A stretch of 64,000 nucleotides of DNA from an uncultured Planctomycetaceae bacterium (GTDB lineage: Bacteria > Planctomycetota > Planctomycetia > Planctomycetales > Planctomycetaceae): positions 32,001 through 96,000 of the forward strand of contig CAWFAK010000013.1 of the NCBI GenBank assembly GCA_963813715.1. Reading direction: 5' to 3'. Positions 11,608 through 25,880 of the stretch are shown piece by piece. Made by a program: the position numbers and the translations under genes. The notes below the pieces were generated by a model. The model made no database searches and was not told the DNA's origin. It saw only the letters and a program-made list of their open reading frames with translations. Numbering within the stretch: position 1 is the stretch's first letter; the number at the start of each line of letters is the position of its first letter.

Positions 11608-13321
11608 ATGCGGTCTTTAGAGTCGCAACAGGAAGTGAACGGTGCGCCGGTTGAACGCGAGCGACGGTGGCTTGCCCACTATCCCGCTTGCGTCCCGCAG
11701 ACGCTCAAGTACCCCGCGATCCCCGCGTTTGGATTGCTCGAACACAGCGCCGCCGAATTTCCCGACCGCGACGCCTGCATTCACCTCGGTCACAAGCTCA
11801 CGTATCGCCAGCTGCGCGAGATGGCCCGCCGCACGGCGCATCTGCTGACGCAGTTCGGCGTGCGGCCCGGCGATCGCGTCGGCGTGCTGATGCCGAACAT
11901 GCCCGAGTTCCTGGCCGCGCTCAACGGCATTTGGATGGCCGGTGCCACGCCGGTGGCGATCAGCCCCTTGTCCGTTTCGGAAGAAATCTCGGCACTCGTG
12001 TCGACGACCGGCTGCCGCGTCGTGCTTGCGCTCGACGTGCTGGCGCCGCTCATCTGGCGGGCCAACGTCCAGCCGGAAATCACCATTCTGACGACGCTCC
12101 AGCACCGGCTGTCGGGTTGGAAGAAGTTCGCCTATCGCGCGGAAGCGCTGCGGCGATTCCTCTTTAATGTCCGCAACCGCCAAGGACGCGCGTGCTGGTT
12201 CGAGCGCGAGTTGAAAGAGGCTAACCCCAACTTCGAGCCGATTCGGCCCGCATCGCTCGACTCGCCGGCGTTCTTGCTGGCCACCGGCGGCACGACGGGG
12301 TGTCCCAAGGTCGTCGCCCTGTCGCACCACAACCTCGTCGCCAACGCCACGCAGATTCATGCGTGGGCCGGCACGCAGATGGGCAACGACTCGGTGCTGG
12401 CTGTCGTGCCGTTTTTCCATAGTTACGGCCTGTCGAGCTGTGCGCTCACCGGCGTCTCGATGGCGGCCACGATCATCATGCACCACCGCTTCGTTCCGGA
12501 GACGGTGGCCCAGCTGATCGAGCGCTACCAGCCGACCGTGATGCCGGCCGTCCCGGCGATGCTTGTGGGACTCAACGACCTGTTCGGCAAACGTCCGCTG
12601 CGGAAGAGCCTGCGATACTGCATTTCGGGCGGAGCGCCGCTCGACCAGCAGGTGGCCGCCGAATTCGCGAAGCACACGGGCGCGATCGTCGTCGAAGGCT
12701 TTGGTCTTTCCGAAGCCGGCCCGGTGACGCACGTCGGGCCGCTCGACGGCACCTCGCGGGGCGGCACGATCGGACTGCCCCTGCCCGACACCGACGTGCG
12801 GATCGTCGATCCCGACAACGGCCTGATCGACGTGCCCCGCGGACAGATCGGCGAGATGCTCATCCGGGGCCCGCAGGTGATGCTGGGTTACTGGAACGAC
12901 GACGAAGCGACCGGCCGCACGATTCGCGACGGCTGGCTCTACACGGGCGACCTGGCGGTCGAGGACGAGGACGGGTTTTTCCGCATCGTCGATCGCAAGA
13001 AGGATTCTGATCATTACCTCGGGCTTCAACGTCTATCCGAGCGAGGTTGAGCCCGTGCTCCGGCGATTCCCGGGCGTGGCCGACGTTGCCGTCATCGGCG
13101 TGCCGAACCGCGAGCGGGGCGAAATCGTCAAAGCGGTGATCGCCACCAAGCCGGGGGCGGACGTCGAGCTGCGCGAGTTGTGGATTTACTGCGATAAACA
13201 TCTGGCAAAACACAAGCGGCCGCGGGTGATCGAAATCACTGGAGGCGAGCTGCCACGAAACTTTTTGGGCAAGGTCTTCCGAAGGAAATTGCGCGAAGTC
13301 CCCGATCCCGCACAAACCTGA
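11608..13321 (+). CDS. fadD: long-chain fatty acid-CoA ligase, apparent frameshift at ~13008
   Basis: TGGTTGCPK, PFFHSYG, EGFGLSE, GWLYTGD, IVDRKKD then (L)IITSGFNVYP in the shifted frame; LPRN..GKV.RR.L at the end. Confidence 0.88.
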
Positions 13322-13324
13322 GCT

Positions 13325-14437
13325 ATGGCCACCTTGATCGCCTACTGGAAGGGTTCGACGAGGCGGCGCCTGCTCCGCGGTCTCGCTGGACTTGCGGCTT
13401 GCCTGGCCCCGCTGGTGGTGCTGGCGCTCAATCCGAGCCTGGCCATCCGCGCGCTGGAATGGGGACTGTCACGCAAGCGGGCTCGCGGGCAAACAACCGC
13501 GGCCGCCACACCCCAGCCGCTCGCGACAACAGCTTACGCCGGTGCCCTTAAAACCGCGTCCACGAGCGACGCTGACGCCGATCGCGGGGAGAAGTCACTG
13601 AATACCGGCGTGCTGCACCCGGCAATTGCCGCCTCGATCGGAGCCCCACGGCTCGCAAGTCCCGCTTCCGAGACCAACCGGCAAACGCTGGCGACCGGCG
13701 GCTCCGACGAAACCAACCTCGCCGTCTTGCACCGCGTGCTCGACCTTCTGAAATCGGGCCGCGAACGGTTCGGCCGGATTCCTTCCTACAATGCGATCTT
13801 CAACAAGCGCGAGCGGATCGGCGCGGAAGTCAGCGACCTCTCGACGTTGGAGATCAAGGTGCGGCATCAGCCCTTTGCCGTCTATCTCAAGGTGCTCGAA
13901 GGCCACAGCCTGGGACGCGAAGTCCTCTACGTCGACGGCGAGAACGACGGCAGCATGCTCGTCCGCATGGGCGGCTTGAAGGGACGGCTGATCCCGGCCT
14001 TGAAGATCGATGCCACCGGCTCGATCGCCATGAACGAGTCGCGGTACCCGATCACCAAGGCGGGCATCCTCGGGCTGACCGAGTCGATGATCGCCCATCG
14101 CGAGATGGAGCTGGCCAACCAGGTCTACGCGCACGCTCGACAAGAGGCCGACGGCGTCGTCGACGGGCGGCCGTGTGCGGTGTACAGCTTTTTGTTCGAC
14201 AATGCGGAGCGCTCGCCCGACTATCGCAAGTCGATCCAGTACCTCGATCGCCAGTGGAATGTGCCGCTGCAAGTCGAGAATTACGGCTGGCCCGAGCCGG
14301 GTCAGCACCTGGAGGGCGCGGCCCTCGACGAGGGCACCCTCATCGAGTATTACAAGTACTCGAATATCGTCGCCGACGGCCATTTGACCGACGACGATTT
14401 CAGCCCGTCCAATCCCGAATATCGCTTTCGGCGGTAG
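13325..14437 (+). CDS. DUF1571 domain protein with an N-terminal membrane anchor
   Basis: Y.A.F.KRERIG, KVRHQPFAVYLK, GREVLYVDGENDG.M, ESRYPITKAG, LIEYYKY, LTDDDFSPSNPEYRF. Confidence 0.85.
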   Translation: MATLIAYWKGSTRRRLLRGLAGLAACLAPLVVLALNPSLAIRALEWGLSRKRARGQTTAAATPQPLATTAYAGALKTASTSDADADRGEKSLNTGVLHPAIAASIGAPRLASPASETNRQTLATGGSDETNLAVLHRVLDLLKSGRERFGRIPSYNAIFNKRERIGAEVSDLSTLEIKVRHQPFAVYLKVLEGHSLGREVLYVDGENDGSMLVRMGGLKGRLIPALKIDATGSIAMNESRYPITKAGILGLTESMIAHREMELANQVYAHARQEADGVVDGRPCAVYSFLFDNAERSPDYRKSIQYLDRQWNVPLQVENYGWPEPGQHLEGAALDEGTLIEYYKYSNIVADGHLTDDDFSPSNPEYRFRR

Positions 14438-14613
14438 CTGCGCGGCGGGCGGCGACTTGCCGGCACCCGTACAATTCCTGGCGGAAGCCCGGAAGAGCCG
14501 GGCCCCGGAGTTGGCGGTTCTTAGTTTCGGTGCCGCGCAAATCCGACTGCGGGCCAGAATCGCCGATCCGCCCGCACGGATGAGATCGCGGCTCCAACAG
14601 GAGGAACAGGACC

Positions 14614-16026
14614 ATGGATTCGCCGGTCATTGTCGGCGGCGTCCGCACGCCTTTCGTCAAAGCGGCGGGATCGTTCAACTATCTCCCCGCGCAGGAACTC
14701 GGCCGACTGGCCGTCCGCGAGCTACTCGAGCGGCTCAATCTCGAGCCCGATGCCATTGACGAGGTCATTACGGGCAACGTCGCCGGGACCGACGCGGCCA
14801 ACGTCTCCCGCGTGATCTCGCTGCGGGCCGGCATTCCCGTCGATCGCGTGGCCCACACCGTCAATCGCAACTGCGCGAGCGGTCTGGAAGCGGTGACGCA
14901 AGCGTACGAGCGGATTCGTACCGGGCAGGCGCAGGCGGTGATCGCCGTCGGCGTCGACTCGATGAGCAACATCCCCGTCATCTGGACCAAGTCGCTCACC
15001 GACGACTTTTTGGAATTCAGCCAGGCAAAGACCGTTTGGAAGCGGCTGCGGGCGCTGGCCCGCGTGCGGCCGCGCGACTTGGCCCCGGTGATCGGCATCA
15101 AGCAGGGGCTGACCGACCCGGTCTCGGGCATGATGATGGGCGACACGGCCGAAAAGCTGGCCCGCCAGTACGGCATCAGTCGCGAGGCGCAGGACCTGTT
15201 CGCGCTTCGCAGTCATCAGCGGGCGACGGCCGCGTGGAGTGAAGGCCGCCTCAAGGACGAAGTGTTTACCGTCTATCCCGAGAAGGCCAAAGGGGCCGTC
15301 GAAAAGGATATCGGCCCGCGCGACAATCAGACGTTGGAAGCCCTCGGCAAGTTGAGGCCGTTCTTCGATCGCCGTTGGGGCACCGTGACGGTCGGCAATT
15401 CGTGCCAGGTGACCGACGGCGCGGTCGCACTCTTGCTCATGACCGAGGAGCGGGCGCGGTCGCTCGGCTTGCCCCGCTTGGGACGGCTTCGTGGCTATGC
15501 CTACGCCGGCTGTGACCCGTCGGTGATGGGACTCGGACCGGTTTATTCGAGCAACAAAGTTCTCAAGTCGACCGGCGTCCACATGAATCAGCTCGATCTC
15601 GTCGAGATTAACGAAGCCTTCGCAGCGCAGGTGCTGGCCTGCCTGAAGTGCTTCGAGTCGCCGCCCGCCGCTTGCATCGGTACGGATGGAGCGTCGGCTT
15701 TGGGGCCGATCGACGAGGCGCGGCTGAACGTGAACGGCGGCGCCATTGCGCTGGGTCATCCCGTCGGAGCCAGCGGTGCGCGGCTGGTGCTGACGATCTT
15801 GAACGAGCTGGGACGCCGCAAACAGACGCTCGGCCTGGCGACGATGTGCGTCGGAGGCGGCCAGGGCGGCGCGGCGGTCGTCGAACGAATCGCGCGACTG
15901 GAATGGCTGAGTGCCCGACTGACAGCGGTGACCCCTCCGCTAAACAGACAAAAGCAGTCAACCAGGAGCCAAGATGGCCGTGATGTGGCACGCGGGCGAA
16001 CCGCAGGACGGAATTCTGTGGGTTGA
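14614..16026 (+). CDS. fadI: acetyl-CoA C-acyltransferase (thiolase, FadI-like); true stop probably near 15898
   Basis: RTPF, NRNCASG, EINEAFA, NGGAIALGHPVGASG, MCVGGGQGGA; the tail after VERIA is atypical and overlaps the next gene. Confidence 0.88.
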   Translation: MDSPVIVGGVRTPFVKAAGSFNYLPAQELGRLAVRELLERLNLEPDAIDEVITGNVAGTDAANVSRVISLRAGIPVDRVAHTVNRNCASGLEAVTQAYERIRTGQAQAVIAVGVDSMSNIPVIWTKSLTDDFLEFSQAKTVWKRLRALARVRPRDLAPVIGIKQGLTDPVSGMMMGDTAEKLARQYGISREAQDLFALRSHQRATAAWSEGRLKDEVFTVYPEKAKGAVEKDIGPRDNQTLEALGKLRPFFDRRWGTVTVGNSCQVTDGAVALLLMTEERARSLGLPRLGRLRGYAYAGCDPSVMGLGPVYSSNKVLKSTGVHMNQLDLVEINEAFAAQVLACLKCFESPPAACIGTDGASALGPIDEARLNVNGGAIALGHPVGASGARLVLTILNELGRRKQTLGLATMCVGGGQGGAAVVERIARLEWLSARLTAVTPPLNRQKQSTRSQDGRDVARGRTAGRNSVG

Positions 16027-18117
16027 GATCAACTGGCGGGAGCGGCCCGTCAATGCGCTGTTGCGCGACACGCTCAACGAACTGTCGGAACTGATCGGTC
16101 GTATCCGTTCGGACTCGGCCATCACGGGCGTGGTCTTCAAGAGCGGCAAGTCGGGCAACTTCATCGCCGGGGCCGACGTCACCGAGTTTCAGAAGATTCG
16201 CTCGCCGGACGAGGCGCGGCAATTCGTCCTGCAGGGCCAGCACATCTTCGATGATCTGGCGTCGCTCAAAGTCCCCACCGTCGCGCTGATTTCCGGAGCC
16301 TGCCTGGGGGGCGGACTGGAGTTCGCGCTCGCCTGTCGCTGGCGAATTGCCGACTACAGCCGCAAAACGCAGATCGGCCTGCCCGAGGTGATGCTGGGCA
16401 TTGTCCCCGGCTGGGGCGGCACGCTGCGACTGCCCAAAACGGTCGGCTTTGCCGAAGCCGTGCCACTGTTGCTCACCGGCCGAGCCTTGAATGGCCGGCA
16501 AGCGGCACGCAAAGGCCTTGTGCACGACGCCGTGCCGACCGAGGGGCTGGATCACGTGGCCCGCACGCTTCTGGCGACAGGCGGACGCCACCTGCGGCCG
16601 CGGAAGGTCGGACTCGTCGGCGGATTGATCGATCGTCTCGGCCCGCTCAAAAAGCTCGTCCTTTGGCAGGCCACGAAGCAAGTCCACAAAACCACGCACG
16701 GCCACTATCCCGCGCCGTTCGAGATCATCGAGGTGCTGCGCGAAGGCATCAGCCAGTCGCCCGAGGAGCACCTGTCGCGCGTCCGCGACGCCAACGTGCG
16801 GCTCGGCCAGCTGCCGGTCACGCGGGAGCTGGTCCGACTGTTCTTCCTGAGCGAAGGAGCGAAGAAGGTTCCCGAGTCGCTCGGTGCCTCGGTCGATGCC
16901 GACACGATCGAGCACGCCGCGGTGATCGGCGCCGGCGCGATGGGGGCGGGAATCGCCCTGTTGGCGGCCCGCCGCGGTGTCTGGACGCGGCTTAAGGATA
17001 TCAACGCGGACTTTGTCGCCCGCGGGATGAAGAACGTCCGCAAGTTGATCAGCACGGACGTCAAGCGCCGCCGCATCACCGCGCTCGAAGGGACGCAGGC
17101 CCTCGATCACCTCAGCCCGACGACCGATTACCGCGGACTGAAGCAGGCAGACGTGATCGTCGAGGCGGTCGTCGAAGAGCTCGACATCAAGCACCAGGTC
17201 TTCACCGAGCTGGCCAACGCCACCGGTCCCCAGTTGCGCACTGGCGACGAACACCAGCTCGCTCACCGTCGCCGCGATTGCCGCCGGCGTGCCCGACCCG
17301 TCGCGCGTGGTCGGCCTGCACTTCTTCAATCCGCCACACCAGATGCCACTGGTCGAGGTCGTCCGTGGCCCGCAATCCGATCCGCAGATGGTCGCCAAGG
17401 CCGCCGCCCTGGCCACCCGCATCGGCAAAACGCTGGTGCTGGTGGGGGACTGCGCGGGATTTCTGGTCAATCGCATTCTGGCTCCCTACATGAACGAAGC
17501 GGGCCACCTCGTCGCGGAGGTCGACGATCCGCTCGAGATCGACCGGGCGGCCGTCGAGTTCGGCATGCCGATGGGGCCGCTGGCGCTCATCGACCTGGTC
17601 GGGCTGGCCGTCTCGAGCCACGTCTCGGAAAACTTGCGGGCGGCCTACGGCGAGCGGATGGAGCCCGCCCCGATCTGGCAAGCGCTCAAGCAGTCCCCAG
17701 AGGCGTCGAAGGCAGGCGCGCATGAAAGTTATCGAGAAGACCTGGTTCGGCAAGCGGCTGAACCCGGCCGTTCTCGCCGCGGCCAAGAATGTGGCTCGCT
17801 ACTCGGCCGGGCCGAAGGTCGTGCTCTCCCACGAGGAGATCGTGCAGCGTCTCGTCTACCCGCTCATCAACGAGGCGGCCCGCTGCCTCGACGAGAAAAT
17901 CTGCGAGAAACCCGACGACATCGACCTGGCCATGGTCTTCGGCACCGGCTTTGCGCCTTTCCGCGGCGGACCGTTACGCTATGCCGACAGCGTCGGTGTC
18001 GCCAAGATCGTGCAGGCGCTCGACACCCTGGCGACCCGGTCACCGCGCTTTACGCCATGCGATCGGCTCCGCCGCATGGCGGCCGCCAACGAACGCTTCC
18101 ACCCGGCTGATCCCTAA
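15974..18117 (+). CDS. fadJ: fatty-acid oxidation complex alpha subunit (enoyl-CoA hydratase / 3-hydroxyacyl-CoA dehydrogenase), apparent frameshifts at ~17235 and ~17720
   Basis: FIAGAD, CLGGGLE, GLPEV.LG..PGWGGT.RLP, GAGAMG.GIA, TNTSSL, GLHFFNP, GFLVNRIL, DIDLAMVFGTGFAPFRGGPL. Confidence 0.88.
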
Positions 18118-18152
18118 CGGCTCGTGGTCCGTCGATCGCTTTCTGACAGGTA

Positions 18153-18247
18153 CGGGTGCCACGGTTGAGCTTGCTCAAACGTGCTCTTAACGGGTCAGCA
18201 ACCGGAAAGAGCACGGCTGAGCCGAAGCGTCTCAGCCGTGGCACCCG
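18153..18247. repeat. REP-like palindrome doublet (GGGTG(C/G)CAC family, related to 896-972)
   Basis: CGGGTGCCACGGTTGAGCTTGCTCAAACGTGCTCTT facing AAGAGCACGGCTGAGCC..CTCAGCCGTGGCACCCG. Confidence 0.75.
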
Positions 18248-18522
18248 AATTACCGGACGCCCTTACGACTCCGCGTGGGCATGTTTTCCGCTGTGAATCG
18301 CGCAGCATGCACCCGACTTTTGCGGTCGAGCCGCGAGTGTCGGCCTGCTCGCGCCCGCGGTACGCCTCGAGCTCACCCTCCCTTCTCGTCCCGCCTCACG
18401 GGTTGCATTCCCGCTCGCTTTTTCGTCTGATTTAGTCATCCGTTGAGCCGTTCCGGCTGCCGTATCGGGCGCCCGATCAAAAATTTCGCACATCCTTTTT
18501 GCATGGAGTTGAGGCACGAACC

Positions 18523-20721
<2,199 letters not shown>

Positions 20722-20759
20722 AAACCAGTCGCGGGAATGTCCGCGCCCTTTCGAGCGGC

Positions 20760-21912
20760 GTGCGTGCGGTCGGCGTCGCCGTGCTGATGCTCACGTCGCT
20801 TGTGAGCGCGGCACGGGCTGACCGAGACGGCGTGCTCCGCGACGTCGCGCGGTTTGACGCAGAGCACCGCGACGCCGGCGCCTGGAACCGTCGGCGCGAG
20901 GAACTGCGGCGCGAGTTCGTCAAAGGGGCCGGGCTTTGGCCGCTGCCCAAGCAGGGACCGTACCGCGTCTTGCGTCACAGCTTGCGGACGCATGCCGGTT
21001 ACACGGTCGAGAACGTAGCCCTGGAAACGCTGCCCGGCTTCTACTGCACGGGCAACCTGTATCGACCACTGAGGACGTCGCCAAACGCGGTCCCGGCCGG
21101 CGCAGGCTCTGGGGGGCCTGCCGTGCTCTGCCCGCACGGCCACTTTCAGCCGCTGGGCCGCTTCCGCGCCGAGCAGCAGATCCGCTGCGCTCGACTTGGC
21201 GCGGTGTGGCGTGACCGTTTTTTCGTACGGCATGGTCGGCTGGCAGGATTCGACCCAGACCACGCACGACGACCCGCTTGTGCTGGCGCTCCAGACCTGG
21301 AACAGTCTCAAAGCGCTCGATTTTCTCAGCACGCTCGAGGGCGTCGATCCCGAGCGGATCGGCATGACGGGCGCGAGCGGCGGGGGCACGCAGACGCTCT
21401 ATCTTGCGCTGCTCGACGAGCGGATCAAGGCCTCCGCGCCGGTCGTGATCATCTATCCCTGGAGCGCGCCCGAAGGCTGCTGCCGCTGTGAGGGAGGCTT
21501 GCCCATAATGCAGGCCGCTCACACCAATTGCATCGAATTCGCCGCGGCGATCGCTCCGCGTCCCCAGCTCATTATTTCCGTCGGCCAGGACGCGACGCAC
21601 GATTTTCCCGAGGTGGGTCTCCCCTTCGTTCGCCGTGCGTACGCGGCGTACGGTGCGGTCGAACGTGCGGAAAGCGTCTTTCTGCCCAAGGAAGCGCACG
21701 ACTTCGGCCCGTCGAAGCGGGCGGCCGTTTATTCGTTCCTGGCGAGGCGGCTCGGCTTCGACGATCGTCCGGAAGATCTAAGCCGGATCACGATCGAATC
21801 GCCGGTGCAGCTCGAAGTCTTTAACGCCGCTCACCCGCTGCCGGCCGGCGCCGTGCACGGTTCAGCCGCCGTCAAGCGGGCCTTCGATCAATTGCCCCGC
21901 GCAAAGGATTGA
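20760..21912 (+). CDS. secreted alpha/beta hydrolase (acetyl-xylan-esterase-like), apparent frameshift at ~21195
   Basis: GYTVENVALETLPG.Y.TGNLYRP, PAVLCPHGH, VDPERIGMTGASGGGTQT (GxSxG), CEGG, HDFG. Confidence 0.85.
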
Positions 21913-21930
21913 ACGGCGCGCCCGCGTCGG

Positions 21931-24261
21931 TCAGGGGCAGTCGAACTTGCGGATTTCGCTCTGGCCGTTGCGTTCGTCGATCACGATCAGCTGGTTCATG
22001 CCGAATTCCGCGCAGCGGCGCTTGAGCTGCGGCAGATACTGGTCGAGCGGCGGCTGTTTTTGCTTTTCCAGCGGATAGGTGTAGTGCTGATAGCCGTAAC
22101 CCGACCAGAAGTCTCCTTCCGGCCGGTCGTAAAGACCGTCGATCATGGCGATGCCCGACAGGGCCGGCGCGACGAACGGTCCGTCCTTCGGCGAATAAGC
22201 GTCGTGCAGCAAGTCCCAGAACTGGCGGTTCGACTTGGGGATGTAGAGGAGCGAGCGCCGCTTCTCCGCCAGCGGTAAACGATCCAGGCTCTGCAAGAGG
22301 GGCACGATGTTCTTTTCGGTCCGCAGCCGTCCTTCGACGATGGCTGCCTGCTGGTCGATAATCTGTCGCGCCTGAGAAATGTTGCCGCTCCACGCGGCGT
22401 CGAGCGGAGAGGTAGCGGTGGGAGGCAGCCCGAGCGAACCGCGTACGGCCGCCGCTGCGTTACTCAGAAGTGCGTCGGTGTTGAGCAAAAACGTGCCGAC
22501 GGCGAACAGTCCCAACAGTCCGGCCAGTGCGCGTGGCATGGTGATGCGGTCGAGCCAGCTTGCCCTGACGCCCGTTTGCGGCCGAGCGTGGGCGGTCAGC
22601 GAATCCGCCGGAGCGGGTTGTCGCCTGGCGTCCGCCGCTCCGCACCGGCCGCAGCACAACGGCGAGCGTCAGCCCCAGCGCCAGCCACTGCTGATCGATG
22701 GCGAAATAATGCGTGCTCGAATAGTCGCTCAGGAGAATTTCCGGCACCGCGCCCAGCACGGCGATGATCAGCACCAGCTCCACGTCGAGCAACTGTCGGC
22801 GCGGAACGCGCTCACCACCTCGCGTAGTGTGCGGGCCCCTTCTTCGCGAAGTCGCAGGCCCACGAAAAGCAGCGTCCAGGCGTAGCAGAAGAGCCAGTAA
22901 TACGACCACCAGGTGAAGCCGACCAGCGTCTTCAGGGCATTGAAAGGGGAAATCCCCGCGACCTGGCCGTATTCCGGGTTGTAGGTGAAGAGAAAGCCGC
23001 AGTAGAGGATCACCAGGCCGATCACGGACGAGGGTGCGGTGATTTTGCAGCGGTAGAGTCTGAGACGGAAGAAGAACCAGGCAGCGGCCGCCGACAGGAG
23101 CATCATCACGGAAATTTTGAGCAGCCCGACGACGGCCGGCAGCGTGCAGATAAAAACGAAGCCGAGCAGCACGTCGAAACTCCGCATTTCGGGGGCCGTC
23201 TCGATATCGCGGGATAGGGCCGACACAGCGGCAATCCCCAAGAGCGCCACCGCAATCGCCAGACCGTACGATTCGCTGACAAAGAGAGGTGAAGCGCGGG
23301 CGACCGGGTCGATGCCGATCCCCAGCGGGAGCACGCCAATGATTCCCGCCGCCAGCACGAACCAGAACAATAGGGCGGCCGGATGGAATCCTTCGTCAAA
23401 CGGCGCGGCGCTCGTCTGGGCCGCGGCCGCCACGGGCGACTTGGCCGGTCGGCGGGCCTCGGTTTCCCAATCGACAACTGGTCGTCCCGGTCCGCGCCAG
23501 ATCTCGCTGATGGCGACGGCGAATGTCAGCAGACTGAAGGTGATGAACGGCGCGAATATCACCGGGTAGGCCAGGTTGTAAAAGTCGACCACCGAAATAT
23601 CGAGCAGGTTTGAAACACGGGCGAATGCCCAGTGGCTGCCGAAGTGATAGAGCACGTGCGGCAGGCCGTCCAAACCCGTACTGCACGCGCCGTACGTGCG
23701 GAGCATGTTGGCGAGCGTGATATGAAACAGCGTGTCGATGTGGGCGTAACCGTTGCAGAGGCTCTCGACGAACAGCGGATTCTCGAAGCCGCCTCCCCAG
23801 ATCGAGCCCGCCGCGTAAAAGCCGAACAGCAGGCCGAAAAGGCCCATCCAGACCGCTCGGGCCGGACGCACACGCCCAACATTCTCGACGATCCGCAGGG
23901 CCAGTGCCGCCACGCCCAGCCCGGCAAAGATGATCGCCGCCGGCCGCGTCACTGCAGTCAGCTCGACGCCGGCGACGACGACCAGGGCCAATCCGGCCAA
24001 CGTCAGCGGCGCGTGTCCGTGCCACCAAGGGGCCAAAAGCGGATCACTGGAGGTGCGAAGCGCTTTGCGCGCGGCGTACGAAAAGTTGACGAGAAACCAG
24101 CTCAATCCGACGAACTTCGCCCAGGTCCAGAGCGAGTCGTCCGGAAAGCCCAGGCGTGCGCCGAAGCCGATCGCCGCGATCACCGGCGCCATCAGCGACG
24201 CGAAGAATGCCGCCTGGGCGTAGGTGGTTTCAAGCGGGCGATAGTCGGGACGGTCGGCCAT
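21931..24261 (-). CDS. large polytopic membrane protein (possible GT-C-like), split across ORFs 22768, 22460 and 21931
   Basis: Many hydrophobic segments; loop motif HIDTLFH...STGLDG.P.V.YHFGSH; soluble C-terminal region. Confidence 0.6.
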
Positions 24262-24273
24262 GATTGTTAAGGG

Positions 24274-25059
24274 CTAAAGAGGCAGATGCAGCTCGCGCGA
24301 GACCAATGTCGCGCTCAGCTCGCCGATGAAAGTGACAATCACGCCCACGAACAGCACGCCGGTCGCCGCCTGCGTGTTGCGGTAACGGAGAATCCGCCAG
24401 ACCATCAGCGCCAGCACGAGCGGCGCGACGATCCCCGCCAGCCACCGCAGCCAAAGCCACATCAAAGGAGTGCCGGTCAGTCCGTTCCAGAGACTTGCTC
24501 CGCCCATCGTCAGCACGACCGTGGAGATCACGAGCCGCAGCCCCGCGGCCGATGCGAAGCAGACGTTGGCCGTGCTCAGCGGCGCAATCGACATCGTGGG
24601 TGACGTGAGGTACCAGTGACCCAGCAGCATGCCCACGGTCGCGCCGCCGATTGTCAGCGACGTCGCCAGCTCAGAAAAAGCGGTCACGAGCGACAGGCTG
24701 GCGTCCAGCGTCTCGCGGGAGAGCGACCCGGCCAGCAGCGTCCCCGTGGAGAGGATCGCGACGGCGAACAGGCAGACTGTGCCCGCAGGACGGCGCCCGA
24801 GCGTCCACAGAATCGAACTGAGATAGGCGATTCCCGCGGCCGTGAACGCTCCAGCCCGCAAAGCGGCGAGCGGCAAGAGGGGCGTGCTCTCGGCCGTGCC
24901 GAAGATCGAAGTTCCCAGCGTAATCCCGGCGAGCGCCGCCAAGGCCAGCGCTAACAGCGATTCAATCCGGAAGAAGCCGGTGGTGATCTGCGACCGCGGC
25001 AAGAGCAGCCAGGTCAGGCTGATGCCGCAGAGTAGTCGCAGAGAAAACTGGGCGATCAT
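24274..25059 (-). CDS. conserved multi-pass membrane protein
   Basis: About 7-8 TM segments; GMLLGHWYL..P.M...PL and NTQAATGVLF motifs. Confidence 0.8.
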   Translation of the reverse strand: MIAQFSLRLLCGISLTWLLLPRSQITTGFFRIESLLALALAALAGITLGTSIFGTAESTPLLPLAALRAGAFTAAGIAYLSSILWTLGRRPAGTVCLFAVAILSTGTLLAGSLSRETLDASLSLVTAFSELATSLTIGGATVGMLLGHWYLTSPTMSIAPLSTANVCFASAAGLRLVISTVVLTMGGASLWNGLTGTPLMWLWLRWLAGIVAPLVLALMVWRILRYRNTQAATGVLFVGVIVTFIGELSATLVSRELHLPL

Positions 25060-25123
25060 GAAAAGGCGTTCAGTGAGAGTCGGCGGGCGGCGGCGCGGAG
25101 ATTGTTCTCAGTTTGGGCCGGGG

Positions 25124-25735
25124 CTACTTGGCGGCCCCGTTGATCAGGGCCATCGCCTCGGCGCGGCTGGCCGGGTTCGTTTTGAATAATCCACGCACGG
25201 CGCTCGTCACCGTCAGGCTGCCCGGCTTCTTGATGCCGCGGATCGTCATGCAGGTGTGCTCGGCTTCGAGAATGACGATCACTCCTTTGGGGTCGAGCTC
25301 CGCGTTGATCAGGTCGGCGATCTGGTGGGTCATCCGTTCCTGAATCTGGGGCCGCCGCGAAATCTCCTCGACGACCCGCGCCAACTTCGACAGGCCGGTT
25401 ACCTTCCCTCGCGGCAGGTAGCCGACGTGCGCCTTGCCCAGAAACGGCAGCAGATGGTGTTCGCACATGCTGTTGAATGAGATGTCCCGCACGAGCACCA
25501 TTTCGTCGTAGGTCTCGGTGAAGACCTTTTTGAGATGCCGGCCCGGATCGCTGTGCAGCCCGCAAAACAGCTCGGCGTACATCCGCGCCACACGGCCGGG
25601 AGTCTCGCAGAGGCTGTCGCGGTCCGGATTTTCGCCGATGGCCGCCAGGATCTCGCGGACGGCCCGTTCGATTCGCGGTAGGTCGACGCTCGCGTCGCGG
25701 TCGTTGTCACTGGTCGCGTGATTGGCAGCGGTCAT
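25124..25735 (-). CDS. folE: GTP cyclohydrolase I
   Basis: [49 protein letters not shown]. Confidence 0.97.
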   Translation of the reverse strand: MTAANHATSDNDRDASVDLPRIERAVREILAAIGENPDRDSLCETPGRVARMYAELFCGLHSDPGRHLKKVFTETYDEMVLVRDISFNSMCEHHLLPFLGKAHVGYLPRGKVTGLSKLARVVEEISRRPQIQERMTHQIADLINAELDPKGVIVILEAEHTCMTIRGIKKPGSLTVTSAVRGLFKTNPASRAEAMALINGAAK

Positions 25736-25880
25736 GGGATGGAGAGTCGCAAGGTGGATGATCAAAGGTGAATGGAAAGCACCGCCGGTTTCGCGCGAGC
25801 CGCCCGGGCCGGTCGCGTGCTCAGAATTGGCAGTTCAGGTTCCACTATTGTAGTGAAGCGCGCTGGAGGCGGGCCACGCT

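Noticed and set aside
17722..18117. Separate gene for the FadJ C-terminal domain
   Set aside because: It continues the FadJ sequence directly after a one-base shift and has no clear RBS.
18263..18439. Small minus-strand ORF ending GACCAIHSGKHAHAES
   Set aside because: No clear RBS or recognisable family; cannot be distinguished from a chance ORF.
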